Shown: piece after piece, positions 1 through 9,736 of the stretch
Layout of the letters: each line of letters opens with the position of its first letter
Numbering within the stretch: the first letter of the stretch is position 1
From: an uncultured delta proteobacterium
GTDB taxonomy: Bacteria; Desulfobacterota; Binatia; UBA9968
Direction of reading: 5' to 3'
NCBI GenBank assembly: GCA_963745035.1
Contig: CAVUVW010000014.1
Coordinates: 640,001 to 704,000 of the forward strand
Length of the DNA: 64,000 nt
Made by a program: the position numbers and the translations under genes
Notes under the pieces: model-generated
Told to the model about the DNA's origin: nothing
Databases searched by the model: none
The model's input: the letters and a program-made list of their open reading frames with translations, nothing else

Positions 1-1626
1 CGACTGCGCCTTGCGCAGCAGTATTTTTTCGTCTCCTGCTCGCTGCAGGACATGATTCGTTTGCACTTGATACAGGGAAAAAATCTCGACGAGTTCGATT
101 CCTGTTGGGCGGCTCAGTTGAACGACACCCATCCCTCGATTGCGGTTGCGGAATTGATGCGGCTTCTGGTCGACGAGCACGTGATGGATTGGGATCGAGC
201 CTGGACAATTACCCAGCGGACTTGCGGCTATACCAACCATACGCTGCTTTCCGAGGCCCTGGAGAAATGGCCGCTGGCGCTTTTCGCCAAGCTTCTGCCG
301 CGTCATCTGGAGATCATTTATGAAATCAACCGCCGTTTCCTCGATGAGTTGCGATCGCGTTATCGAGCCGACGATGAGCTTCTCCGGAGTCTTTCGCTGA
401 TCGATGAAGCGGGAGAAAAATATGTGCGCATGGCGCATCTTGCCAGCGTCGGCAGTCACGCGATCAATGGAGTCGCGGCGCTCCACACCGAGCTGCTCAA
501 ACAGACCGTGCTGCGCGATTTCTACGCAGTCGCGCCGGAAAAATTTTTTAACGTGACCAATGGCGTAACGCCGAGACGCTGGATCGTGCTCAGCAATCCG
601 AAGCTGAGCGCGCTGATCACCAGTAAAATCGGCGATCAGTGGATTGCGGATCTTGAAGAAGAGCTGGAACGCATCGAGCCGTTCGCCGTCGATCCCGCTT
701 TTCAGCGCGAGTGGCAAGCGATCAAGGCCGAGAACAAGTGCGCCTTGGCCGGCTTTATCAAGGAGCGGGCGGGCATCGTTGTCGATCCCCAGTCGCTCTT
801 CGATATTCAGGTAAAGCGCTTGCACGAGTATAAACGGCAGCATTTGAACGTACTCTACGCGATCACTCTTTATAACCAGCTCAAGCGCAGTTCCGGAGCG
901 GCGGCCACGCCCCGGACGGTGATCTTCGGCGGCAAAGCGGCTCCCGGATACCGCATGGCCAAGCTGATCATCAAGCTGATCAACTCAGTTGCCGCGGTCA
1001 TCAATCAAGATCCAATAGCTTCTCAGGTCCTCAAGGTGGTCTTCCTGCCAGACTTCAACGTCAAAAACAGTCAGCGCGTCTATCCTGCCGCCGATCTTTC
1101 CGAACAGATCTCCACCGCAGGGAAGGAGGCTTCGGGCACGGGCAATATGAAATTTGCCATGAACGGTGCCTTGACGATCGGCACGTTGGACGGCGCCAAC
1201 GTTGAAATCCGCGACGCCGTGGGCCATGAAAATTTCTTTTTCTTCGGTCTTGACGGCGGAAGAAGTTGCAAAGCGCAAGACCGAGCGGCTACAGCCCGCG
1301 CGATCATTTATGAAGCCAACCCAGCTCTCCGCGAGGCCATCGACCTGATCGATTCGGGATTTTTCTCCAACGGCGACCGCGAGCTTTTTCGCCCGCTTGT
1401 GGAATCGCTGCTCAATCGCGACGACTACATGCTCTTCGCCGACTATCAGGCCTACGTGGACTGCCAGCAGCGAGTGAGCGAAGCGTACCGAGATCAGAAA
1501 AACTGGACGCGCATGTCGATCCTCAACAGCGCGCGCGTCGGCCGCTTCTCTTCGGATCGCTCGGTGCGCGAATATTGCCGCGACATCTGGAATGTAAGCC
1601 CGATCACAACAACAGAGGAGAAATAA
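1..1626 (+). CDS. glgP: Glycogen/starch/alpha-glucan phosphorylase, 5'-truncated by window edge
   Basis: Motifs QLNDTHP, YTNHT, VTNGVTPRRW, QVKRLHEYKRQ and the PLP-site EASGTGNMKF..NGALTIGTLDGANVE. The frame is open upstream of 52. A locally scrambled segment lies at 1249-1310. Confidence 0.97.
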   Translation, partial: RLRLAQQYFFVSCSLQDMIRLHLIQGKNLDEFDSCWAAQLNDTHPSIAVAELMRLLVDEHVMDWDRAWTITQRTCGYTNHTLLSEALEKWPLALFAKLLPRHLEIIYEINRRFLDELRSRYRADDELLRSLSLIDEAGEKYVRMAHLASVGSHAINGVAALHTELLKQTVLRDFYAVAPEKFFNVTNGVTPRRWIVLSNPKLSALITSKIGDQWIADLEEELERIEPFAVDPAFQREWQAIKAENKCALAGFIKERAGIVVDPQSLFDIQVKRLHEYKRQHLNVLYAITLYNQLKRSSGAAATPRTVIFGGKAAPGYRMAKLIIKLINSVAAVINQDPIASQVLKVVFLPDFNVKNSQRVYPAADLSEQISTAGKEASGTGNMKFAMNGALTIGTLDGANVEIRDAVGHENFFFFGLDGGRSCKAQDRAATARAIIYEANPALREAIDLIDSGFFSNGDRELFRPLVESLLNRDDYMLFADYQAYVDCQQRVSEAYRDQKNWTRMSILNSARVGRFSSDRSVREYCRDIWNVSPITTTEEK

Positions 1627-1649
1627 AGATAGGGCTCAGCGGTATTCAT

Positions 1650-1752
1650 CTCTCGCAAAGACGCAAAGAATGGAGATTAAAGGTGCCAAACCAATTGTAA
1701 GAGATTTTGTTGTTCTCCTCTTAAACTTGGCGTCTTTGCGCCTTGGCGAGAG
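1650..1752. repeat. REP/MITE-like intergenic inverted repeat
   Basis: ctctcgcaaagacgcaaaga (1650-1669) and tctttgcgccttggcgagag (1733-1752) are reverse complements with 2 mismatches, around an AT-richer spacer. Confidence 0.65.
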
Positions 1753-1820
1753 GTATTTTCGTATTTCCGGTTCATGTCGCGCGTGGTGAGTTTGGACTTC
1801 GTGCTGACTGGAGAACTTCA

Positions 1821-1982
1821 ATGAACGGCTCTGCGGTCAAAACAGGCTCGAGCGCTCCGCTCCGCGCTACTGTTTATCCGAGCGGTGTCAACTTTAGTAT
1901 TTTCTCGAAGAACTCCACCTCGATCGAACTTTTGCTGTTCGATGATGAGAGCGCCGCATGACCGGCAAGGGTCATCGCCTGA
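1821..1982 (+). pseudogene. glgX: N-terminal remnant of glycogen debranching enzyme (isoamylase)
   Basis: [52 protein letters not shown] matches the GlgX CBM48 start (G...PLGAT...GVNFS.FS......ELLLFD). An in-frame TGA follows, then truncation just before the xfp RBS. Confidence 0.8.
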
Positions 1983-2001
1983 AGAAAAAAAGGAGGGCGA
2001 A

Positions 2002-4389
2002 ATGAGCCTATTACCGAATGAAATGAAAAGTCCGTTAACCAGTAAAGAGCTGGAACTGATGAACGCCTATTGGCGAGCGTGTAATTACCTTTCCGTGGGC
2101 ATGATCTATCTGAAGGACAATCCACTGCTCAAAGAGCCCTTGAAGACAGAACATGTAAAGCACCGGTTACTCGGCCACTGGGGCACGAGCCCGGCGCTTT
2201 CCTTTGTGTGGGTTCACTTAAATCGGATGATTGTCAAAGAGGATCTTGACATGATTTTCGTGGCCGGCCCGGGCCACGGCGCGCCCGGGGTGTTAGGGCC
2301 GGCCTATCTCGAAGGCACTTATTCCGAGATCTATACGGACAAAAGCGAGGACGCGGAAGGAATGCAGAAGTTTTTCAAACAGTTCTCCTTTCCCGGCCAT
2401 ATCGGAAGCCATGTCACTCCCGAAACTCCTGGCTCCATCCACGAGGGCGGCGAGCTCGGTTACAGTCTCTCGCACGCCTACGGCATGGTGCTCGACAGCC
2501 CCGATCTCATCGTCGCCTGTGTGGTCGGCGATGGTGAGGCGGAGACCGGGCCGCTCGCGACGGCGTGGCACTCCAACAAATTCATCAACCCCGTTCGAGA
2601 CGGCGCAGTACTGCCGATCCTAAATTTGAACGGCTACAAGATTGCCAATCCAACTATTCTTGCAAGGATCAGCCACGAAGAGCTTGAGGCGCTGTTTGTC
2701 GGCTATGGTTACAAGCCGTATTTCGTCGAAGGCGATGATCCTACGCAGATGCACCAAAAAATGGCCGCCACGTTGGAAGAGGCCATCGGCGAGATCCGCG
2801 CGCAGCAGAAAAGCGCGCGCGAATCGAAAAACCCCGTCCGTCCGCGCTGGCCGATGATTGTGCTGCGATCACCCAAAGGTTGGACCGGGCCGAAGGATAT
2901 CGGGGGTCACAAGGTGGAAGGCTTCTGGCGCTCGCACCAGGTGCCGTTTTCCGACGTGCGGGACAACCCCGCGAACTTAAAACTTCTCGAAGACTGGATG
3001 CGCAGCTACAAACCCGAGGAGTTGTTCGATGCAGGCGGCAAACTTAAGCCCGAACTCAAGGCGCTGGCGCCCAAGGGCAATCGGCGCATGAGCGCCAACC
3101 CGCGCGCCAACGGCGGGCTCCTGCGCAAAGAACTCAAGCTTCCCGATTTCCGCACTTATGCCGTCGAGGTTCCGACCCGCGGCACGATCGAATACGAGAA
3201 TACGAAACCACTCGGCGAATTTCTGCGCGACGTGATGAAGCAGAACATGACCAACTTCCGCGTTTTCGGCCCCGACGAGACTGCCTCCAACCGGCTCCAG
3301 GCGGTTTACGGCGCAAGCAAGAAAACCTGGATGGCAGAAATGCTGCCGGAAGACGCCGATGGCGGCGAGTTATCGCGCGACGGCCGCGTCATGGAGATGC
3401 TTTCCGAGCACACCCTGCTGGGCTGGTTGGAGGGATATCTGCTCACCGGGCGGCACGGATTTTTTCACACCTACGAAGCCTTTTCCCACGTCATCGATTC
3501 CATGTTCAACCAGCACGCCAAGTGGCTCGACATCTGCAAGAACCACGTGCCCTGGCGCGCCTCGGTCGCCTCCGAGAACATCCTGCTATCGTCCACCGTC
3601 TGGCGTCAGGACCACAATGGCTTTTCGCATCAGGACCCCGGTTTCATCGACCTGGTCACCAACAAAAGCGCAAGTGTGACGCGAGTCTATTTGCCGCCTG
3701 ACGCCAATACGCTGTTGTCCGTTGCAGATCATTGCCTGCGGTCAACCGACTACATCAACGTCATCGTGGCCGATAAACAGAAACATCTGCAATTCACCAC
3801 CATCGATGAGGCGGTCGTGCATTGCGCCAAGGGCGTCGGCATATGGGCGCGAGCGAGCACCGATGCGGGCGAGGAGCCCGATGTGGTTTTAGCTTCCTGC
3901 GGCGACATCGCCACGATGGAGGCCTTGGCGGCGGCCGCGATCTTGCGCGAGCGTGCGGCGGATCTGAAGCTCCGCTTCGTCAACGTCGTGGATCTATTCA
4001 AGCTACAGCCGTCGTCCGAGCATCCGCACGGCTCCAGCGAGCGCGAGTTCGACAGCCTGTTCACCACCGACAAGCCGATCATCTTCAACTTCCATGGTTA
4101 TCCCTGGCTGATTCACAAACTCTCCTACCGTTTCAAAGGGCACGACAACCTGCACGTGCGCGGCTACAAGGAAAGAGGCAATATCAACACGCCGCTCGAG
4201 CTTGCGATGCTGAACGAAACTTCCCGGTTTCACTTGGTAATCGACGTGATCGATCGGGTGCCAAAGCTGCGCACCAAAGCGGCGCATTTAAAAGAGGAGA
4301 TGAAGAACGCGATCATCGACAATATGCGCTATGCGCATGAGCACGGCACCGATCGGCCGGAGATTGCCAACTGGACTTGGCCGTATTAG
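2002..4389 (+). CDS. xfp: Xylulose-5-phosphate/fructose-6-phosphate phosphoketolase
   Basis: [21 protein letters not shown], ThDP motif [27 protein letters not shown] at 1991 supports ATG 2002. Confidence 0.96.
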   Translation: MSLLPNEMKSPLTSKELELMNAYWRACNYLSVGMIYLKDNPLLKEPLKTEHVKHRLLGHWGTSPALSFVWVHLNRMIVKEDLDMIFVAGPGHGAPGVLGPAYLEGTYSEIYTDKSEDAEGMQKFFKQFSFPGHIGSHVTPETPGSIHEGGELGYSLSHAYGMVLDSPDLIVACVVGDGEAETGPLATAWHSNKFINPVRDGAVLPILNLNGYKIANPTILARISHEELEALFVGYGYKPYFVEGDDPTQMHQKMAATLEEAIGEIRAQQKSARESKNPVRPRWPMIVLRSPKGWTGPKDIGGHKVEGFWRSHQVPFSDVRDNPANLKLLEDWMRSYKPEELFDAGGKLKPELKALAPKGNRRMSANPRANGGLLRKELKLPDFRTYAVEVPTRGTIEYENTKPLGEFLRDVMKQNMTNFRVFGPDETASNRLQAVYGASKKTWMAEMLPEDADGGELSRDGRVMEMLSEHTLLGWLEGYLLTGRHGFFHTYEAFSHVIDSMFNQHAKWLDICKNHVPWRASVASENILLSSTVWRQDHNGFSHQDPGFIDLVTNKSASVTRVYLPPDANTLLSVADHCLRSTDYINVIVADKQKHLQFTTIDEAVVHCAKGVGIWARASTDAGEEPDVVLASCGDIATMEALAAAAILRERAADLKLRFVNVVDLFKLQPSSEHPHGSSEREFDSLFTTDKPIIFNFHGYPWLIHKLSYRFKGHDNLHVRGYKERGNINTPLELAMLNETSRFHLVIDVIDRVPKLRTKAAHLKEEMKNAIIDNMRYAHEHGTDRPEIANWTWPY

Positions 4390-4505
4390 GAATGCGGAGT
4401 TCGAAATGATCGTGTTGTCGGCGCCCCTCGCGGCCTTCCCGGCGCCGACCGGTTGCGCGTCCGGTGTCGAAGCAGCCGGAAACTCGACTACGGGAGAACC
4501 TGACC

Positions 4506-5882
4506 ATGAATCCTGAACAGGCAGACGCGCTGGTGTTTTTCGGAGCCACCGGCGATCTCGCGCACAAGAAAATATTTCCCGCCCTTCAAGCGCTCGCCCA
4601 AAAGGGCAATCTCGAGATGCCGGTCATCGGCGTGGCGAAAGCCGGCTGGACGCTCGAGCAACTGAAGGCGCGCGCCAAGGACAGCGTCGAGCGGTACGGC
4701 GGGCTCAAGCCGGACGGTTTTGCCCGCCTGAGCGGCAGCTTGAGGTACATTGACGGCGACTACGGCGATGCGGCGACTTTCCAGCTGCTGCGCCACCAAC
4801 TGGGCGGGGCGCGGCATCCGCTTCACTATCTTGCCATCCCGCCAAACTTGTTTTCGACCGTGATTCGCCATCTCGGGGAATCGGGTTGTGCCTCGGGCGG
4901 CCGCGTTGTCATCGAGAAGCCTTTCGGGCACGATCTCGCGTCGGCGCGGACGCTGAGCGCCGCGGTGCACGACAGCTTCCGCGAAGCAGACGTGTTTCGC
5001 ATCGATCATTATCTGGGCAAGAACACGGTCCAGAACCTGCTTTTTTTCCGCTTCGCCAACTCGTTCCTCGAGCCGCTTTGGAATCGGCAGTTTATCGAAA
5101 GCGTCCAGATCACCATGGCGGAAGACTTCGGCGTCGAGGGACGCGGCAAGTTTTACGATGAAACGGGCGCGCTGCGCGATGTCGTGCAGAACCACCTGTT
5201 GCAAGTTCTTTCGAACATCGCCATGGAGCCGCCGCCGGGCCTGGATAGCGAAATGCTGCGCGACGAAAAGGCGAAAGTGCTGAAAGGGATTCGGGCGCTC
5301 GAGCCGCGCGATGTGGTATGCGGCCAGTTTCGCGGGTATCGCGACGAGCCAGGCGTCGGCGTGGACTCGCGGGTCGAGACCTTCGTGGCGCTCAGGCTGG
5401 AAATCAACTCCTGGCGCTGGAAGGGTGTGCCGTTTTACATCCGCGCGGGGAAGCGCCTGCCGGTCACAGCCACCGAAGTCATCGTGAAGCTGCGGCAACC
5501 GCCGGCGGTCTTTTCGCCGCTACCGCCGCCGCCCAACTACTTCCGCTTCCGCGTGACGCCGAATCTGGTGATCGCAATCGGCGCATCGGTCAAAAAGGCG
5601 GGTGATCGGGCCGAAGGGCAACGGGTGGAGCTCGTGATCAGCGAGGAATCCGATCCTGCGGAGATGGGCGCCTACGAGGAGCTTTTATTCGACGCCATGC
5701 GGGGAAATCCGGCGCGTTTTGCGCGTCAAGACTATGACGAGGAGGCCTGGCGCATCGTTGATCCGATCTTGGGCCAACTCGTTTCGGTTTTCGACTACGA
5801 CCCTGGAACCTGGGGACCACTCCAGGCGGACGCTCTGGTCGCACCCGACGGCGGATGGTTCGATCCTGCGGCGGGTCGATAA
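4506..5882 (+). CDS. zwf: Glucose-6-phosphate 1-dehydrogenase
   Basis: [46 protein letters not shown]. Confidence 0.96.
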   Translation: MNPEQADALVFFGATGDLAHKKIFPALQALAQKGNLEMPVIGVAKAGWTLEQLKARAKDSVERYGGLKPDGFARLSGSLRYIDGDYGDAATFQLLRHQLGGARHPLHYLAIPPNLFSTVIRHLGESGCASGGRVVIEKPFGHDLASARTLSAAVHDSFREADVFRIDHYLGKNTVQNLLFFRFANSFLEPLWNRQFIESVQITMAEDFGVEGRGKFYDETGALRDVVQNHLLQVLSNIAMEPPPGLDSEMLRDEKAKVLKGIRALEPRDVVCGQFRGYRDEPGVGVDSRVETFVALRLEINSWRWKGVPFYIRAGKRLPVTATEVIVKLRQPPAVFSPLPPPPNYFRFRVTPNLVIAIGASVKKAGDRAEGQRVELVISEESDPAEMGAYEELLFDAMRGNPARFARQDYDEEAWRIVDPILGQLVSVFDYDPGTWGPLQADALVAPDGGWFDPAAGR

Positions 5883-6022
5883 TCGCAAGCGGCAGCCGGT
5901 TAGAAGTAGCGCCGACTGCGATCCGCAGCGAGCTCTTGAACATGCTTGGCGAGGAAGGTGCTAGACTAAACGGCGTTACTTCTTCAAGGTTGATTGGCGC
6001 GTCTTGTGCTCGGTTTGATTCG

Positions 6023-6050
6023 GGTATATTGGACCAAAGTCCAATATACC
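6023..6050 (+). promoter_or_regulatory. Palindromic operator copy 1 (TATTGGAC-CAAA-GTCCAATA, extended to 12-bp arms)
   Basis: GGTATATTGGAC CAAA GTCCAATATACC is a perfect inverted repeat, intergenic, and the core recurs in the window. Confidence 0.8.
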
Positions 6051-6382
6051 AGGTTTGGACGGTGCGCTAGAAAAATTTATCCGGACTATGAAGATATGCG
6101 GCGGCCGCGTCAAGGCGTGCCTATGAACAGCGGGATCATCGATGTCACTTAACAAAAGCGCTTGACCGACGCGCGCGAGGCATTGCGAAATTGCCAAAAA
6201 TTCAGATATGTTTGGCGCACAGTTGGAAGAGCGTGGGGCACAGCAGCGTGTTGATCGCTGCTATTTCCGGCATTGATGTTGCGCCGAACGCAGCTGTTGC
6301 GCGAGAGTGACGCTCTTTCATCTTCGAAGACCCCAAACGGTGTAGTGCAAGAGTCGCCATGCGAAGCGACAAGGGGGAAACG

Positions 6383-7529
6383 ATGAGCTCAACAAAAAAC
6401 GCGTGCGGGTTGCCTCTCGTCCTTTTGCTCGGGGGTTGCGCCACCGTTTCGGGGAGTTACCCTTTCCTCAACCCTACTCAGCCTACTTCCCTCTTTGGCG
6501 CTCTGACCCCCTCCACCAGCGCCTCGGTCCAGGGGCCGACGAGTTCTCAGCGCAGTTCATACGCGTGGGAAAAGGCAATGGAAGGCATGGTGATGGGCGC
6601 CGCCATGGGCGGGATTTATGGCGCCGGCGGCGGATTGGTGCTCGGCCTGCTCACCGGTCTTTTTACCGCCGACTCGCATTACACTCAGCGCAACACGCAA
6701 ATCTCGTCAGAACAGGAAAAAGATAAGCTGCTCGAAGCGAAGATCGAACAGGAGCTGGAACGACACAGACAGCTCGAGGCGCAGCTGGTCAATCCCGCCG
6801 TCGGATCAAAGTCGGCAAACCCAAGCGGGACCATCGCCACGCTCCGGAGAGTTGGCTTCTCCGGTGCTCACCCCCGTCGCCTCGACCTCGCCCAATCGCG
6901 TCGCTTCCTTGAGTCGGGCCGAAGCCCCTGCCCAGTCGCCAAGTAGGCCGTTTAAAAACGTCGAGGTCAAAGACATGAACGGCGACGGCATACCCGACCT
7001 GTGGATATATTACAGCCCCGCAAAGCCTGGCGAGATCGTTCGGCAGGAAGAAGCAACGCACGGAGATGGCAGAGTCGACACCTGGAGCTATTTCAGAGAC
7101 GGCAAACTGGTGCGTCGGGAGATCGATAGCCGAGGCAAGGGTGTGGCAGACACGGTCTACTTTTATGAAAACGATCAGTTGGTCCGGGAGGATCGTGATG
7201 AACTCGGCACAGGCCACGCTAACTTCCGTGCCTTTTACCAAGGTGGTCGCCTTGCGAAGGTGGAGAAAAATAGTAATGGCAGCGGCAGGACAGATCGGTG
7301 GATCTACTACGATACCAGCCAAAACGGCGAGATCGTACTAAGGGAAGAACAGGACCTGAACGGCGACGGCATCATCGATGTGTGGTCCCACTACGAAAAT
7401 GGACGTCTCGCGCGGCGCGATTTAAACGCCGTTGGACTGGAAGTGCTCTCTCAGAAGGATCAGCCTCCCCCTTCTCATGCCGTTCCCAAACAGACTTACC
7501 AACCTAAGCCTCCAGGCAACAGAGGCTGA
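6383..7529 (+). CDS. Putative lipoprotein with glycine-zipper/coiled-coil N-terminus and DxNGDG-repeat C-terminus, split by one frameshift near 6800
   Basis: ORF 6359-6946 has lipobox LGGC and GAAMGGIYGAGGG. Overlapping ORF 6618-7529 has DMNGDGIPD, THGDGRVD, NSNGSGRTD and DLNGDGIID repeats. Confidence 0.65.
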
Positions 7530-8074
7530 CGAAAAACTCGGGGTTCCAAGAACAACTCCCACGCAAGCGCGTCACACATGGGAGTTGCCTCGAAACGTTC
7601 TCCTCATCAACCAAGCCTCGGCGCTTGAGACGCTGCAGGGGGTTCTCATTCTCGATGCTGCGCCACCCTCGTCAGGCGGCGCTGGCGATCAGCTGCCGGT
7701 GAATATGATTTTTTTATGAAGTTACGATTGTGTCACACGATCGTAACAAGACTCGGATACTGCGAGCTGAGGTTTGGAACAGGATTGGACAGGCGAGCCG
7801 AAAGGCGTGCGAAAGCGCGTACCACCCACCAAGCAACGGTTGTGCTCCGAGCTGGGCCCCCTCGGCTGGCACTGTTGAAACCGCGATCGACTCGAAATGG
7901 AAGCCGATCATGGCGAGGGTGACGAGGCTTCGGTCTACCGAAGCCTCGTCACCCTCGTCCGTAGGACGTGAACGCCGCAGCCGTGCTCGACTCCAGCAAA
8001 CGTAAACCGTGATCGCTTCGCCCTTGCGTCGTTGATCGCGGCTACATGTCCGCTGGCCGGTGTTCATACCCCGC

Positions 8075-8482
8075 TCAGTCGTATCCCCAAACTTTGATGG
8101 TGGCCGTCGGTTTATTATCGAGGATCTTGTACTGGACCGCCACCGACGTGAGGGTCGCCTCGCGTCCTGGAGCGTCCTTCTCAGCCGTTTGTCCTCCCGA
8201 TTTCACGACTCCGACCTTCGTGATGGTGTCGTCCTTACGACCCTTCCAGCGGAGGACGACCTTCGTGATCTCCACGTCACCGCCCTCGACCGAGATCTTC
8301 ATCTTCTTGATGTCCTCCTTCCACATCTTCCCCGCTTCGGCCTTGATGTCCGTGTTTGGATCGGTGGCCTTGATCATCTTCTCGCTTAGCACAAACCACT
8401 CGTCAGCGCTGGCGCTGCCAAGGGCGACCAGCGAGAGGACCGATGCGAAGCCAACGGCCCTCCCTAGATATCCTATCTTCAT
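8075..8482 (-). CDS. Secreted hypothetical protein (possibly DUF2541/YaaI-like beta-sandwich)
   Basis: Signal peptide ending ASA, Lys-rich mature domain, AGGAG RBS upstream. Confidence 0.7.
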   Translation of the reverse strand: MKIGYLGRAVGFASVLSLVALGSASADEWFVLSEKMIKATDPNTDIKAEAGKMWKEDIKKMKISVEGGDVEITKVVLRWKGRKDDTITKVGVVKSGGQTAEKDAPGREATLTSVAVQYKILDNKPTATIKVWGYD

Positions 8483-8493
8483 CGTTTCTCCTG

Positions 8494-8675
8494 TCCTTTC
8501 TGATCCCCGTTAGCCGGAGATCGTTGCGCCTACCGCTTGGTGCGAGTTATACAGCGGCGGGACTGTCTGTGGAATATTAAACAACCTTTATTGTTCCCCT
8601 CCTTTCTGATCCCCGTTCGCACGAGATCGCTATGCCTATCGCTTGATCGAGTTACATAGCGGTGGAGATATCTGT
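8494..8675. repeat. Degenerate direct repeat, two ~76-bp copies (8494-8570, 8600-8675)
   Basis: Both copies begin tcctttctgatccccgtt and share gagatcg..gccta.cgcttg..gagtta..agcgg..tctgt. Confidence 0.8.
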
Positions 8676-8870
8676 AATTCTGGCTCGATCATTAGACTGT
8701 CTGAAAGCGTTGAGCATAGAAGTGTCAACTTGCCTGCGTCTACTCTTCTGCAGCGCGCGGCTTAACTTTATTGGATGGCAGACAAACCATTTCGCCACCT
8801 GAAAGGAAGATAATCTCCCGGGCAGTATTGGGGTCCACCAGCGTTCTACCAAAACCGGTGAGCCTGTGTG

Positions 8871-8890
8871 TATTGGCCTTTGGTCCAATG
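8871..8890 (-). promoter_or_regulatory. Palindromic operator copy 2
   Basis: TATTGGCC TTTG GTCCAATG (spacer reads CAAA on the minus strand), upstream of minus-strand gene 8075-8482. Confidence 0.7.
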
Positions 8891-8996
8891 GTCTTTTATC
8901 CATCGCGCCTTTCGCTCCATACGTCGATTCTTGTCGAAAGACTCCGAGAACATTTTGAAGCCGGCTAATGTGATATTTCCTTTTCGCTGGACATCT

Positions 8997-9644
8997 TTAC
9001 GGAGTTCTTAATGCCTTGCCACTAACGCTCTCATGCAAATCTACGTTGCTATTGAGAGCAGTCTCGGTTTCCATCGCTGCCACAAGTTCTTTCGAACCTG
9101 AGCCCCAGCGGGAGACAGAACTGAGCGCCTGGGTGAAGGGAATGTTTAGAGGGTGCACGCGTTCGCGGGTGAGAATGTAGACCGCTCCAGCGAAGGGCGT
9201 CGGCACTGAGGGCACAAAAACCGTGAAGCGCCCGTCCTCTAGTTCTTCGATAATAAACGCGGGGACGAGGGCCTCCTCAATCTCGACTAGCGCCGGCTTC
9301 CACGCGGTCTCCTCGTTCTCGCCCGCCAGGCGTTGAGTCAAACTCCGAAAAAGCGCATAACCCGGCATTCTTTCAAAAAAAGCTTTCTCGATTCGCTCCC
9401 GCATCGCTCGCCCTGCGCGCGTACGGACGGCAATGCCAATGAGACAACAGAGAATCACGACGAGGAGAAGAGAGAGAAGGCGCTCAGCGGGGAGCCACTC
9501 CGGGAGCAACATGGCGAATGGCCGCACAAAGCCGACTACCGATTGCATCGCCTTGAGTAGCAGCAGAATCGTGAGATAAAGGGGCACGACGACGAGCAAG
9601 CCGGTAACAAACGCGCTCACAACGAATTCACCGTACTTTTTCAT
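8997..9644 (-). CDS. DUF502 family membrane protein
   Basis: N-terminal TM helices (GLLVVVPLYLT) and C-terminal VFVPSVPTPFAG motif typical of DUF502. Confidence 0.8.
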   Translation of the reverse strand: MKKYGEFVVSAFVTGLLVVVPLYLTILLLLKAMQSVVGFVRPFAMLLPEWLPAERLLSLLLVVILCCLIGIAVRTRAGRAMRERIEKAFFERMPGYALFRSLTQRLAGENEETAWKPALVEIEEALVPAFIIEELEDGRFTVFVPSVPTPFAGAVYILTRERVHPLNIPFTQALSSVSRWGSGSKELVAAMETETALNSNVDLHESVSGKALRTP

Positions 9645-9736
9645 AGCCGGCCTTTCTCGGTATGGAGATCAGCGATCAGAAACAAAATATCCGAGTTGAT
9701 GACTCGCCTTACTCTCATAATCCCGCCACGGCTCCT

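Noticed and set aside
1885-2001. N-terminal extension of xfp given in the ORF track
   Set aside because: It overlaps the glgX remnant, and the RBS supports ATG 2002.
7530-8070. Short overlapping ORFs on both strands
   Set aside because: No family motif or convincing RBS. May be decayed sequence but cannot be assigned.
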